From positions 15,810,001 through 15,874,000 of the forward strand of contig OZ286466.1 of the NCBI GenBank assembly GCA_965644265.1: 64,000 bases of DNA, written 5' to 3'. The DNA is from Glycera tridactyla (lineage: Eukaryota). The position numbers were made by a program, and so were the translations under genes. The notes under the pieces are model-generated. The model made no database searches, was not told the origin of the DNA, and was given only the letters and a program-made list of their open reading frames with translations. Shown one piece after another: positions 39,901-54,900 of this stretch. Each line of letters starts with the position of its first letter. Within the stretch, counting starts at the first letter, position 1.

Positions 39901-40385
39901 GTCGAATAACAGTGATAGTGATTTACAATCACTCCTTTTCTGTTGGTACCAATCATATAAAATGTGTGCAGTAGAACATCCCTATCTCACTAATTCATAG
40001 GAATACGCAAGGTTGATTACGTATGGAGAAAAGATACTATAGCAGTGATATAGTTGAACCTACAAAACCACACTGCGATCACACATCGATATGTGGTCGT
40101 TAGAAACAGGTTGCTCCAAATAGTGAAAGACACAGCTCAGGGTGGTCTTTGTGGGCGGTTGACCTCCATGAAGAGGTGGACTCCCGACTAGGTCCGCCTG
40201 TAGCTACGAAGGAAGCGTATGACGCATCAAGTCGCTCGCTCTCACAGATCTGACGATAAGCTTTGCTCGCTTGCATCATGGGATCGATCAAATATAGGTC
40301 AGATGAGGTCAGCTGAGGTCAAGTAGGGTGCATCTGTCATGGCCAGCGCGAGATCGCCTGTTCTTCTGTCTATAACCGAATTCTA

Positions 40386-40395
40386 GTCACGTGAC
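40386..40395. promoter_or_regulatory. Palindromic E-box GTCACGTGAC in a CpG-rich patch
   Basis: Exact 10-bp palindrome. Motif match only. Confidence 0.25.
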
Positions 40396-41059
40396 ATCGC
40401 AATACGATATGTTAGTGTGTGTACATCTGTTTCCCAGTCGTTAGTATTGTCTTTGCGTCTGTCCGTCGATTTGTCCATCTGTTCTTAGCAGTCAGTTTGT
40501 CTCATTCCACGTTCACAGAGTTACCAATTTGGCGAGGATATGCTGATATATACTCTAGACATGCATATAGACGATATCACTGCATTTCTCTTGAAACTTC
40601 AATCAAACAATCGATCAGTCAATCGATCAACTAATCGATCAATCAATCGAATGNNNNNNNNNNNNNNNNNNNNNNNNNNNNNNNNNNNNNNNNNNNNNNN
40701 NNNNNNNNNNNNNNNNNNNNNNNNNNNNNNNNNNNNNNNNNNNNNNNNNNNNNNNNNNNNNNNNNNNNNNNNNNNNNNNNNNNNNNNNNNNNNNNNNNNN
40801 CTTCATAAAGGCTTCATAAATATTTATTTAGGAGATGAGCCAAGACGTGACTCATTTCCATCAAACTAAACATTCACACAGCATACGTCCAGAAAAGAAT
40901 ACACATCTTTACACAATACTCGCATTACAAGTATTGCCAAAAATAGGCACTTAAGGCAGACAATGATTATGATCCCACATGACACTTAGCGCTATAATAC
41001 AAATCAACTGGAATAGCTGAATAATTGAACATATTCCAAGTATACGCTACACATAACTT

Positions 41060-41370
41060 CAGTACAATAAGTACGATCCTGGCAATGACAATGACATGCT
41101 GTTGCGCAACAAGGGGAAAGGTGGCCATATTCACCGAACGTCACTGGTAATGAATACATACATGTTTCACCTACTCAATCACAAATTATTGGCAAACATG
41201 AATTTTGAGATTCTGCTGTCATGCAGATGCCGCTTGAAGCTGCTTACACTACCAGTATCCTTGATAATGGCTGGCAAACCGTTGTAATCACAAGCACCTC
41301 TTACACATAGTCTTTTATCACCCAAGATTGTGTTGGATCTTTGCACATTTAACATTCCAGTGAGCTGACT
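41060..41370 (-). mobile_element. 3' fragment of an L2/CR1-like LINE
   Basis: GDKRLCVRGACDYNGLPAIIKDTGSVSSFKRHL matches GxRSFxVRGxxxWNxLPxxIKxxxSxxxFKxxL. Cut off by an N-gap. Confidence 0.75.
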
Positions 41371-42019
41371 NNNNNNNNNNNNNNNNNNNNNNNNNNNNNN
41401 NNNNNNNNNNNNNNNNNNNNNNNNNNNNNNNNNNNNNNNNNNNNNNNNNNNNNNNNNNNNNNNNNNNNNNNNNNNNNNNNNNNNNNNNNNNNNNNNNNNN
41501 NNNNNNNNNNNNNNNNNNNNNNNNNNNNNNNNNNNNNNNNNNNNNNTCTGTCGATCTGTCTGTNNNNNNNNNNNNNNNNNNNNNNNNNNNNNNNNNNNNN
41601 NNNNNNNNNNNNNNNNNNNNNNNNNNNNNNNNNNNNNNNNNNNNNNNNNNNNNNNNNNNNNNNNNNNNNNNNNNNNNNNNNNNNNNNNNNNNNNNNNNNN
41701 NNNNNAATCACATGTATGTTTGTCTGTCTGTTTCCCTGTCTGTCGGTTCATCCACAATGAAAATGTCGAACTACTCCTTTTACCTCAGATCAACCTACGC
41801 CAGGACGGTATTTCTCGACACTCACCTGCAGGAGAATAAATAACACATCCATGAATATAAGATGAAACATATACAATGGTCTCATCCAACGCGCTGATAA
41901 CGTGTAAAACCATGTAGACTTCTTATATAGATATAAATCATCGCTCATTATAGAAACACCATCTGATTGGTATGGACTTTTGTAGAGAGAAGGAAATGCT
42001 GCAAATGCTGGACTGTTCT

Positions 42020-42300
42020 TGTTCCATCCATTGAGCCAGCCAGCACGTCATCCAATCATTCATCCGAACACCCATCAATCCATCTATCCATTCGGCCAGC
42101 CAGCCAGTCAGACAACCAGCCGGCCAGCCAGCCAAACAGTCGTTCATTCAACCATCGATCATTCATCACATCTGTCCAGCCATCCATCCAACCACTCACC
42201 CACACACCCATCTATTCATCCGTCCACGCATCCCAATTTCTCTCTCCTTTCATCAATCCACCCAGCCACCCATCCAGCCAGCTGGCCAGCAATCTATCCA
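42020..42300. repeat. (CCAT/CCAG)n tract
   Basis: Direct reading. Confidence 0.85.
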
Positions 42301-43974
42301 ACCAACAAGATATCTAGACAGAGGAGGAACAAACTCTGAGCGAGACGAGGTAGAGAATAGAGAGAACTGTAGTGCACAACAAGGAGGGTACGAAAAGAGA
42401 GCAGCTTCGTCCTGTTATCAAGTCATTGTCACCCACATTCAACTGGGGCAGGAGCTCACGTATTCGGTGGGTACGTGAGAATATGCAAATATATCCAAAA
42501 TGAATTATCTCGAAACCCCTGCTAGCCAGCGAAAGGGTGATGTCAGTATTGGTACCCGCCGCCATTGAGAACGAAATCGCCAATTATGACGCAATCTCAC
42601 CGCCCTGTTGATTTAACACCGAGCCTTGTCAGTACGATGATTGTATTCGGGGCAAGCACAACAGAAGAGAGGTAACGCCCTTCAGAGACAATTGCAATAA
42701 ATACTAGGTCTGGCACTCTGTGATTGGGAAACTTTTGGGAAATACAGCCTTACCTGTATTCAACAATGCCATTTTAGATATTATGATGGCAATGCCAGTT
42801 GTATGGGGGGGGGGGGGGGCAGCTACAGTACAACAATTCGACCAAAATATACATCCTTGGCTGAGCAATCTACAATCACAGCCGATGCTAATAGCCGAGT
42901 ACACATTCACACCAGGGCTGAAAGACTCCCTCAAGAAAATACACTAATGAGATATGGTTGTCATGATAATGATAGATACGAAGTAATACTGGTGCTTGCT
43001 CATTTCACGAGACCGATGTGAATCTCTTTCTGATGCTCATGGTCATTTTTCGCTTAGTGACACAATGGTACCAGCTCATCTCGAAATATCTTCCTGCGAG
43101 GAATGTTAGACGCAGGTTTGCTATGTGAAATGTCCAGGCAATCTTGGGAACAATTGCCTTCGCTATACATTGGGTGGCATCAAATTGTATTGAGATATGA
43201 ATTTCATCGATGAACACTCAATACCATGAAGGATCTAGCAGCTGTGGTTTTCGCCTCGACCTGATGATAGACTCAATTACCAATCCAAAAGAAGAGGATG
43301 TGAACCAACACTCAAAAGGCTTCAAAAAAAGTTTCGAGAATATTTTTTAGCGCAGAATTAGACATATCGCCAGGTGCCAGATTACATATATACATGATAA
43401 GGGCCATGGCGTTATATGAAAATTCAACCAGTTATGAACACGGAGCCGAGGGCAAGTGTATGCTCAGTTATGGAAATTATATTGAGGGATTTTAGTGCCA
43501 CTTGTCAAAAGTTGTGGTTTGGGATATGTCCTTGCATTGTATTGGTCTTCCTCGGGATAAGGTCGATTATGAAATTCGTCTGATACTTTTGTGGTTCGTG
43601 GATTTTGTAGGAATACAGTACAGGTCCGTGAAAGCCAACTCAGGCTTGCCTATTCATCTTCACGTGCGACTGACTGAATCAATTGTAGGTTGTCAGAGTC
43701 AGAGAGCATATTATAGTCAGATGTGAGTGCTCGATCGATCACCACACGACTACTCCCTAGTCCATTAATAGACGGACAACCACACACACAAACATATCAA
43801 ATTCGGCTAGCATTAATAATGTGAGGGGGTGCCACAGAAAGCAGGTCAATCTACTAGCCCACAGGCTTCTAGGATTAGGAATCGATTATACTTGTGCGAG
43901 TGGTATGATTGCCATGACTCCAACAGTCGACACTGACTATACAACTATGAGCCACTGTGAACTAGATGCACTGG

Positions 43975-44184
43975 TGAATAGATGGATGGATTGGTAGATG
44001 GATGGATGGATTGATTGATGTTTGGTTGATGGTTGGATGGCTGGCTTGCTTGCTGGCTGACTGGCTGGCTGGCTGGCTGACTGGCTGGCTGCCTGGATGG
44101 CTGGATGGATGGATTGATGGATAGATGGATAAGCGAATACATGGATGAATCGATCAAAAGATGTGAAGATGGATAGATGGAAAG
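43975..44184. repeat. (GGAT/GGCT)n tract
   Basis: Direct reading. Confidence 0.85.
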
Positions 44185-44859
44185 NNNNNNNNNNNNNNNN
44201 NNNNNNNNNNNNNNNNNNNNNNNNNNNNNNNNNNNNNNNNNNNNNNNNNNNNNNNNNNNNNNNNNNNNNNNNNNNNNNNNNNNNNNNNNNNNNNNNNNNN
44301 NNNNNNNNNNNNNNNNNNNNNNNNNNNNNNNNNNNNNNNNNNNNNNNNNNNNNNNNNNNNNNNNNNNNNNNNNNNNNNNNNNNNNNNNNNNTGAAATATC
44401 TACCAGTCAAATATGAGCCATGAAAAATCGAGCCCTTTTGAAAAGGTTAGTGGTGCTGGTGTCGCAAGATCGATCAGACTCCTGACCTGTTAGCGAGGTC
44501 GAGACATTTCGATGTTGTTGGGCGGTGATTATACAAACCAGGGGAAGTAAGTTGGCCTCTCTGGCCAGTGTAATGAACACACATCTGGTCATTCTCACAA
44601 CTCCCTTCGGAAATATTATAGCTGCCCTTTTGGAATAGAAATTTGTTTCTTCATCAGCACTTCCACATATATTCACGGAATTACTCAATTCCCAGAAAAT
44701 GGATGAGATATTTTGAATTTCTCACCTGCTCATTGATGGCGAAGGGATGATGTGGAAACTGTCTTCAGTATCACTAGATATCGAGTTCATCCTATCACAT
44801 TCAGCTTTGTGTGTTTATCGTATCACGATGTAAAATTAACTCTTTGAATTTGATTTGAA

Positions 44860-45610
44860 CAACTTTATTTAGTATCGTCAAAACAATTGACACCAGCACA
44901 TAATAATACGTGAAATCGTTCTCAAGATGACGATCAATACACAAACAAAAAACATATGATAGGTATGAGGCGAAAATGATAATTACGGTGAATGAGATGG
45001 GTGATATGAATGATAGATGCGTGATGTTGAAATGATAATGACCATGTTTCACATTTTCAAAGCATCATTCAGAAACATAATATTCCTCCAGAGTGCTTCC
45101 TACTGTTGTTTGTTTCTACTTTCCCTAATTGATTTCAACATCTTTTTGAATTCGTGTTCCCATCAGATCAAAATCATGATAGTCTGAAGTATATTGATTC
45201 AATCTGTAACATAAACGGACTACATGAACAAGAGGTCTATTCTTTGATCTGGTGGCATGTTCATGATTTTCAGGACGTAGCACACAGATCGGTTTCGATG
45301 TATGATGTCCGAAAAGGACATTATTCAGATGAGTTTATTTATGATCTTGTCTAATGTTGAGTAATGTTTGCATGTTCAAATCTGTATGCATACTCTCGAT
45401 GCCCGCTCTACGTGATTTCTTCGAAATGATTCGAAAAGCTAGATTCTGTACTTTCTGCAGTGAGTATGAATCTCTTTGTGACAAGCAGTTAAATGCGACG
45501 TCTGCGTAATCAAATACTGGCAGGATTAAGGTCTTGTAGAGCATGAAGCGGATGAAATTCTCATCAAAGTAACATAAAACTCCAAGATCAATTGATACAA
45601 TGTCTATCCA
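44860..45610 (-). mobile_element. Decayed CR1/L2-like LINE 3' fragment
   Basis: LYKTLILPVFDYADVAF..LQKVQNLAFRII is the typical post-RT region. It is followed by NHEHATRSKNRPLVHV, similar to DHDHATRSRQRPFVRV at 26870. AATAAA near 44865. Confidence 0.85.
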
Positions 45611-48600
45611 TTTATGTTTTTTTTATTGATATATCCATTTGATCAATCTATTCCCAATTCATTTATGCCTCAAATCAATCAAACAACCATTGACCGATGC
45701 ATTGCTTGCATTGCTTGCATCGGAAAATGTGCTTTTTCAAAATAAAAGCATTGGATCATGGTTCAAGAGGCAGCCTCCAGCTAAACACATAGTCAGATAT
45801 AGCATCAATATTTGACTCATGGTTCATGTGAAGTGGGCAGAGGTGTGCCTGCCTACCCACTTGCTTGCCTGCCTTCCTTCCAGCCTGGCTACTTGCTAGA
45901 CGGAATGTCCAAGCCTGCTCAAACTGCCACCTGCAATGCACTGCTCATCTCACTCTCTCACATATATCTTTGACCCAGAAAATCAACATTGATGCTAGAA
46001 TAATATGGTCATGTCCCAACCCTTGGATTGCCTAGAATTCGACCAACTTCTAATGCTCGCGTTTTGTACCTGATTACTGATGGCTGAGTGGCCTCCGAGG
46101 TGCTTGATCATCACAAGACAGGCCAGGGTCACTTGATATTCTGTACGTCACCCCTCATCCTAATTGATTTGCCCTGCAGCAGCGTGTAGAGGCGGATTCA
46201 AGCAGAAGAAACCCATCCCACATGATTGACACAATTTGCATAGAATGTTCTCTTGACTTCATGCCACCTCTTATCAAGATGATGGCTAGTTGGCAGTCAC
46301 ATATTCAATCAAGAAGGTTAGATCCCCTAGTACGTCTCGCACACTGTATCTCAAAGTTGCAGGGACTATCAATATCAATATGTGTAACATGTATCATATA
46401 CCTGGTGTTTGGTATGATTGCTGTCATGCTATGTCTGTCATCATTGTCATCAAATTTAATTCAACTACCCAAACCACGAATACATGCAGCACCATCCCAA
46501 GTACCAACGCAACCTTCTGAAATCACCACCGCCACTGACACCATCATCACATGAACCACACCCTGGCCAGAAGCAACATGATCGCAGTCATTTCCCACAA
46601 CAATAAGCAGCAAAGCCACCATCTTCACCACAACCACTATCTGTAACACTATCTACACCCTAATCACCCTTGAATATAATGAGATCATCCACAATAGACC
46701 CAAAGCTACCCCCACCTTCAGGATCATTCATACAGCGACACTTCAAAAGCACACAATTCAAGTGTACAATTGAAAGTTGAAATTTCTTTTCAAGTGAATG
46801 GGTAAGTTTTGAGCAAAGAGGTGAGGTCAGGTTGCTGAGTCCCTTTTTCCTATTTTCTTAGATTGTAGTAGTAATCGCGTTCGACCCTTTCACCTTATCG
46901 TGAAATTCTGTTGAATTAGTTTTGCTTGACTTCATATCACTGATCCGATTGTATGATATTGCTTGCACTATTTAATACAAAAGGGTGTTACAATCGGCGG
47001 TGTCATATCTACTAGTATCAATGGATTGCTACGTAATATGAGAAGCTATAGAAAGTTATGGAAATCGCATTATTTACAGGAAGCTTTATGTGCTGTTGTT
47101 ATTGAGTCGAGAGTAGGAGGGCGGCAATTTATGGCAGCACAGTTTGCCATCAGTATGCATGAAGACCACCCAGGTCGAAGTTAGAGCCCATAGACTGCAT
47201 ATAGCCTAGGATTGTATAGCCCACAAATGAGAAATAAATTTGCCTCTTCGCTTTCTCTCTATTGCATAAAGATATACACTTGGGATGCTTCGTCTCTCTA
47301 ATGCATCATGCATATTCTCTCCCGATTACATTGTACAAGGCTTACTCTCCCAAATGGAAAGTAATTCCGGAGTCAACTGAATGCACAGCGAGACTCCATG
47401 TTGGTCTCTGTTTGTATTCTAGTGCGACCTCTGTGATGGGCAATAGCATATTCTACAGAATTCGCACTGGATCTTCACAAATTAAAATGTTTATTCTTGG
47501 GGACAAAACGATCTCCATGAATGTCACTCATCATTTGATATGGATATTTCTGTATGTTGTTGGTTCTGATTTACATGGATCTGGAAAAAAAAAACATCGA
47601 CCATACTCCTTACCATCTGACTGGATGGGAGATGACAACCAAGCCTTGAAGCGATGATTTAATTTCAGGCAGAGTGCTGAGGTCCTACAAAATCTATATA
47701 GCTGTGATGGCAAGTTGACCCTTTATTATATGTATGAGGCCTAGTAGCCAGAATAGCTCACAGGTGGGCGTACGGCCATAGTTTGGCTGACCCGCCAATA
47801 TCCCTGTCTCATTTTGACACGTGTGTAAACTACGAGAACGGGAAATATAGTCGGGCTCAATCACCCAGGAAGAACGAGCACAATATAATCAAATTATGGA
47901 AACAACTGTATCTCCGAGGAATTGACCCAGGAGAGATTTTCCCAGCATCGTATCTGGATGGTTGATTGTTTGCTTATTTGTTTCTTGTCCTCACGTGGGC
48001 AACATATGGGCTACAATAGGACCCTATTTGAAGGGTATGGGGTGGGATCATTCAAGAGTTCTCGTTCTTCATGTCCCAACAGTACAGAAAATTCATGTGA
48101 TTTGCTGAAACTCAAGACACGCAAATGGATGAATGTATCAATTAGGCATCTCCATCATATCGCAAGTTTCACTCAAAAGACATATTGTCTCCAGGTTATC
48201 AGTTGCATATGAATATGCCATATATAGGTTATAAAAGCAAATAGTCGCAGGTATCTACGGCCAATCGGAAAACTTCCTGGTGCCCTATCTAAGATTGGGA
48301 AAACATTTCTTGACCAGGTCCTACTGTTGAGCCTGGGATAAAATAAAATGAAGTTGCATCATAAAAAAGGTCATGCAGACAGATGGTAGAGAGACGATTC
48401 TGTACATTTTGTTAATCACAAGTGTTCCCATGACCCATCAGTACCCCCTGTGACCTATCCGTTCAACGTCATCACTACTCTTTCCAAAAAGAGAGAAGAA
48501 AGTTTATGTGATATATTCATGATACCTCGTAGGATGGTTTTATTCATTTTGCTTTCTGTCAAATGATATATGGGAAAGGACACACACTTAACAGTTGACA

Positions 48601-49019
48601 TATCGGTCTGTGTATTTGCGTGAAAGTCAGTGAGGACATAAATTTGCTGTAGACTGGCATCCTTTTATCAGAAGGTGTCCCACGGGGTGACATATGATTC
48701 CCATCATATCCTTCATTATATGCACCAACAGGATACCGCTCACCCGCAATGCCTCCCCGGAGAGCCATTCTCATAAGCTACCCATTGTGTGGGAGCTCCC
48801 TCCACCACCCCATTATGCACTCTCACAAGTGAGCATCATTTCTTTCACGGCCAAATTCTCTTTTTAGTTATGCTGATTTCATTCATTACCAGCTGAAATT
48901 TGGCATTTCTTTCTGTAAAGCCACCAGAGGTCGGAAATGTATGACTTCGTGAAGATGGCGGAATTCATATGAATACGTCAGTGAAGGATTTCCTGGCATT
49001 GAAGATCTTGCTGGTGCTA

Positions 49020-50782
49020 CTCGCGTTGGTGGTGATACGGTTAGGGTGGTAGTAGGATCAGTAGTGATGGGGCGTGTGCTGGTGGCAGTTTATCCCGTGG
49101 TGGTGGTGGCGTTTTGTTTTGTTTTGTTTTGTCGTTTGTTTGTTCTGCGATGATCGTGCATCTGATGGCGACAGTGCCATAGGTGACAATGTTGATGATG
49201 ACGATCAAGGAGTGGAAGTAATTTGGCTGGTTGTGGTGGTAATGGTCATAAGGATTGTGTATATGGTACGTTGGTGATGGTGATGGAGGCTTGAGACTGC
49301 TCACCAAGGTTTGCTGCCGAAATACTGGCAAGGAAAATAACAGTAATCCTCCTGGTAATGATGCTAATGGTGATCGTTGTGATGACAGGAGAGATGCATG
49401 TCGGTGGTGATGTGTGCTCGGATGGTGATGATGGTGCCGATGATAGGTGAGGTGATGGTGAATATAGTGGCGATGGTGATGACAGTAATGGTGTCCCAGG
49501 GCGGTAACCGGGCTCATGCTACTTTTTCGTTCGTGCACCAGTTAACGCCACTCTCCCACTTCCCTCGACTTTTGTCTCTTCAAATCAATGCACTTTTCAA
49601 TTTCTCTGCACTCAATATACGCTTCATAGAAACAAAAACTGATGCATCTATGAATGGCAAGGAGAGGGTAATAAATAGACCCGCTAGAGGCTGGATTATC
49701 GGATTACCCGTCGCTTCAAACTGATGAATGGAGTGCTGGAATTGAAGGCTCAACTCAAAGTCAATGGCCTCAATTGTCAGTCAGTTTATATTGATGGCTG
49801 CATTAAAACACACTGTCGATCTACCATCATGCGGGCCGAATACACTTCTCCCCTGAACTTTAAATCTTGCGATCTGTCTGTCTGTGTCCGCCAGTCTCTG
49901 TCTGTCTGTCCGCCTGTGCCTGTCTGTCCATTTGCCTGCCTACCTGCTTGCCTGCCTGTCCGCCTTATCTCTGTATGTCTGTCTGTATGTATGTCTGGCT
50001 GATTGCCTGTCTGACTATCTGTCTGATTGCTTGTCCGTCTCCCTTACGCTCTCGGTCTGTCCGTCTGTCTGTCTGTCTGTGCGTCTCTCTCTCCCCCCCC
50101 CCCCTCTCTCTCTCTCACTCTCAATCTCTCTCTTCCTCTAGTTATCACTCTCCTTGAACTCTCTTCATCGATTTCCAAGGGCATCCGTTCGCCCTATCTA
50201 CAAAACATATATTCAGAAACTGAGACGTTGAATTCGGAATGAGATATGGCCTGGGAGCCATTCACTGACACAGACACTCGATCTGAATCAATGGATGCGA
50301 GTAAGAGGTTGACCAAAGTGTAGGGGGAAGTTAAAGAGGCATGTTCTACTCTGATAAGGCCCCCTCTTTTGTAGATGGCTGCTGGTGTGTTCGAGTGAGT
50401 CTCGGTGTTTTATAGGACACGTGCTGGTCTGTCGAGTGAGTTCAATTACAGTTATATTGACATATACTTAGCCTCATGAATTGAACATCTCTGTCTCCCT
50501 GCCTGACTCTGCATCACTTCTACTGATGGGTGGCCTTCACCATGCATGGCCCTCGCCCTACTTCCAGCAGCTGGCCTGGGCTTGTATTACATCCACCTAA
50601 CACAGAGGTGCCCAGTCTCATCCGTCTTCCATTCATCGCACGGGCTCCTCTTCTCGTGTTTCTGCGACTTGATAATGAATTATTGATGAATCTCTCTCTC
50701 TATGTCTCTGTCGTTGTCGCTCTCTCACTCCATTGTTCTCCCTCTCCCTCCCTCTGCCTGTCTGTCTGCCTGTATATCTCCC

Positions 50783-50815
<33 letters not shown>

Positions 50816-51087
50816 GCCTGCCTGTATGTCTCTCTATATCTCTGTCTCTCTGTCTTTCTCTCCCTCTATCCATATCTCTATATCTATCTATCTCCATCTC
50901 TCTCTCTTTCACTTTCTCTCTATTTTCTCTCTGGACATCTTTGGCTCTCTCTATTTCATACTCTGTCCGTCTATCCGTCTGTCTGCCCATCTGTCTATTT
51001 GATGATTTACCCATCCAGCTATCCATCCACTAAACCATCCATTCATTCATTCATCTTCTTACTCCTGCCTTCACCAACCACCATTAT
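49020..51087. repeat. Stretch dominated by GGT/GAT-rich, (TCTG)n and (TC)n microsatellites
   Basis: Tracts at about 49020-49500, 49870-50140 and 50690-51060, with unique sequence between them. Confidence 0.8.
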
Positions 51088-51589
51088 NNNNNNNNNNNNN
51101 NNNNNNNNNNNNNNNNNNNNNNNNNNNNNNNNNNNNNNNNNNNNNNNNNNNNNNNNNNNNNNNNNNNNNNNNNNNNNNNNNNNNNNNNNNNNNNNNNNNN
51201 NNNNNNNNNNNNNNNNNNNNNNNNNNNNNNNNNNNNNNNNNNNNNNNNNNNNNNNNNNNNNNNNNNNNNNNNNCACTACTTTCATTCGCTTATTTGCAGA
51301 TGCAAAAGAGGTGCAATCGAGTGGAAAGATATATTCCATGCAAGTGTATCGCGAATGCTGCAAAGGGGGCGGGACAGCAAGTGACACAGCGGCATCCGAA
51401 GGGGCTATAGGATGAAAAGATAACATAGGTAGAAAATCAAGGTGAATTGATTTCCACTCACCATTACTACAAGTTGAATCTCGGGGGTTATTCACTGCTT
51501 CATGTATAAGTCCTGTGTATAAGAGTAAAGGTGTAAACTCCAGATTGATGAGCAGATATACAGATTGATGTTCGAAGGGGTGTGTTAGT

Positions 51590-52000
51590 GAACTTACTCC
51601 AGCTGTCAGGCTGTCTGCCAGCACCCCAGCTTGAGGGGAGTCTGCGAACAGCTGCCTTCGACACACCTCAGGAGTGGGCTGGCCGTGCGATACCTGTACA
51701 ATATATCACATCCGAGGAGTAGCAGCGCCGGGCACTGATGCTGCTGCTGATAGTGCTGCACGCAGGCAGATTCTGCCAATGCAAACATTCTCCCAGTCTA
51801 CTCCATCTCTGTGAGATGTAAGCTAGGATTCCCGCTGCCCATCTGCATCCATTAGAATGTTGCCAGGAGTGAAGGTTGTGCTGAGGAAGACGCGGGAGAT
51901 GCTGATGGTGAAGGACGGGGTGTCAGTGATGTCTCCGCAGCATCAGGGATGATGGGGGATGGAGATGCAGGCGTCTATCTGATGCCTACCTCCGGCCTCG
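51590..52000 (-). mobile_element. Decayed RTE-clade LINE fragment (post-RT C-terminus)
   Basis: Frameshifted peptides in order: PIIPDAAETSLT (cf. PxLLYGxETWTL), MDADGQR..GVDWENV (cf. LDAFxQR..GIxWxDxV), ISSSISARR..IAR (cf. SSxIxxRR..GHIAR) and PAH..PSSW..GRQPDSW (cf. PAH..PxSW..GRPxxxW). Locally GC-rich. Confidence 0.5.
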
Positions 52001-52983
52001 TGCTACACACGTTGATTGTGATGGCCATGAGTACCGCTACGAGTGTACCACTCAAGGTAGGCGGCAAGGGGGGGGGGGGGCATTCACAGATCAGGTGAAG
52101 GTGATGACGATGAAAACAAAGACCACGACGATAACCATGATAGATGAAATGAATAAAAACAGAACGATGTATGGATGGGTAAGGATAGATGACAAGATGG
52201 ATAGATAGAAGTATAAGTCAATGAAGAGATAGACGGACAGACTGACGGACGGAGGGAACAAGAAATGGATTGATGCCNNNNNNNNNNNNNNNNNNNNNNN
52301 NNNNNNNNNNNNNNNNNNNNNNNNNNNNNNNNNNNNNNNNNNNNNNNNNNNNNNNNNNNNNNNNNNNNNNNNNNNNNNNNNNNNNNNNNNNNNNNNNNNN
52401 NNNNNNNNNNNNNNNNNNNNNNNNNNNNNNNNNNNNNNNNNNNAAGGAAACACCTTGGTGAGAGCGCACGTAAACCGGAACAACTTCACCATGATTATAT
52501 TTGCATTGCCATGTAATTGAAACTCGGGCTGAATACGGAATCGCATGTATGGAATCCATGATTCCCTTTGTCATGAATATACCAATGATCTATGCACGAT
52601 ACGAGTTAGAAGGCTATAATTCGTATCATTAGCAGAAGAAACTGGCGGTTTCATAGGAGAGTGAATTCTCGACCAGTATCGCCTCATTCAAGTATGAAAA
52701 GGGAGGCGACATCATGAAAATGAGAGAAATCATGTTGGAGGAAATGATCGACCCTCGCATGAATAATTGCGGCGTGAACCCCCTGTCTATAGATGTACCG
52801 GTGAGGTACACACAGGGACGATATGAAGGGACTGCAATAGGTTGCCTTGTTTGACACCACCGCTTTAACGCGGCTTTTCTCTCTCCCTGTGTCTACATAA
52901 ACACGCACACGCAAGTAAGCAGGTATTGACGAGCACACAAGCATACACACGCGCGCACACATATGCAAGCTCCCTGACACGCG

Positions 52984-52984
<1 letters not shown>

Positions 52985-53033
<49 letters not shown>
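52985..53033. repeat. (AC)n microsatellite
   Basis: Direct reading. Confidence 0.95.
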
Positions 53034-53035
<2 letters not shown>

Positions 53036-53914
53036 TAGTTAGAGGTGACCTGTAACCATCCACCACGGATGTGACCATCTACCCTTTCATTTCTGAACGT
53101 AAGAATTCTGATCTTGTGAAAGTCTGTGGTGGAAAGGGGACACATTACATAGGTGTGAGACAGGGATATCATGAGACTGAAAGAATGGGATATGAAGACA
53201 TGATCGAACTGTCAGCAATTTTGGACAGTGTTCCCACATCCCCACTATCTTATGTCCAAGGTGACAAATGAATACAAAGGCAGCCACTATCAATCATACG
53301 GAGCACCACCTATCCTGGAATTTCAGTTTCAGGGTATATGGGATGTTCGCTAGACCAGCCAACATCTAGGCGATATGTGATAGTGATGAATGCTACATAT
53401 CCTGATTGCATTGAGAAACCTAGGCAGTCTGTATTCAATTCTGTTGCCTGAGTAAAAGTGGGATACATTCAGAAACCGCATATGTGAACATTAGAGGTGG
53501 GGGTCAAAGTGAGCACACAAGTTTGTGGCTGCTGAGGAGTACATATTGCATGTGTCCGTGCTCAGGTGTTTATAGACATCATCCTCTAATCAGTGATGAC
53601 GTCATCTGATGAATGTATGACCAACATCAAAATCATCATGCGATGAGCTAGGTGGGGTGCGAGCCTGTACGAGATCAGCCCAGTAGGTGCAAGTTATCGG
53701 GTGACTGGTATGGCTATCCTACACAACTGTAGATGGTGTTGAGGTGGTTGTGTATGGGGTTGATATATATATATATGGCGAGGTTGGTGATGGTGGTGGT
53801 AGTGATGATGGCCTCGTGGTGCTGTAGATGGGTGCTGAATTATCACTGGTGATGATAATTGTGGTGCTGGATGGCGGTGGTGGCTTAGGACGGGCGGTAG
53901 TGAAATGGTTGATG

Positions 53915-54900
53915 ATTTTCAGTGGATGGTGGTGGTGTTGCTGATGCTGATGCTGATGCTGATGAAGATGAAGATGAAAATGACGAAAGCGGTGATGATG
54001 GCGACGACAAGGATGACGATGACGATGACGATGACGACGATGACGATGACNNNNNNNNNNNNNNNNNNNNNNNNNNNNNNNNNNNNNNNNNNNNNNNNNN
54101 NNNNNNNNNNNNNNNNNNNNNNNNNNNNNNNNNNNNNNNNNNNNNNNNNNNNNNNNNNNNNNNNNNNNNNNNNNNNNNNNNNNNNNNNNNNNNNNNNNNN
54201 NNNNNNNNNNNNNNNNNNNNNNNNNNNNNNNNNNNNNNNNNNNNNNNNNNNNNNNNNNNNNNNNNNNNNNNNNNNNNNNNNNNNNNNNNNNNNNNNNNGT
54301 TTGTATCTATGTTCGACCTGGGACATGACATGGAAGTGCCAGACCTGAACACACAGTGGATGATGGATGGGGAAGCTGATGTTTGAACAGCATCTCTCAA
54401 CATGTCTGACATACATGGCCTATTCTCCAGATTTAAATTTACTCAGCACTCGTCGTCCATGTAAATCTATCATCAGGACCCCAAGGCCTCGTGTAACACT
54501 ATCTCCGTCCTAATCATAAATTCCACTCCTCAAACATCTCACTTCATCTTGAGTCCTAGCGAAGATCATCGGTACTTTCCAGCGGCCATGGTTAGAAATA
54601 ACTCCGATGAAAGAGGGAGAATCGATAGACGTGGATGGATAGATGGATGAGTGCATAAATAGATGGATGAGTGGATGGTTGAACGGATAAAGACAGACAG
54701 ACAGCGGGAGGGACAGACGGACGGACGATTAAACGGACAGACAGACAGACAGATTGACCGATTGACAGATTGACAGATAGACAGACAGACAGACAGGGAA
54801 TATGGACAATGAAGAGAGAGAAGTAGAGGGAGGAGAGAGAATGGAAGTGGATACTTTTGAAGAAAGAATATAGGAGGAAGAGATAAAGCTACATAGACAG
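53915..54900. repeat. (GAT/GAC)n tract (53915-54050) and (GACA/GGAT)n tract (54625-54900)
   Basis: Direct reading. Confidence 0.85.

Noticed and set aside
51598-51693. Exon with an RxLF cyclin-binding motif and SP/TP sites (CDK inhibitor or Rb-like)
   Set aside because: Better explained as an alternative frame of the RTE relic.
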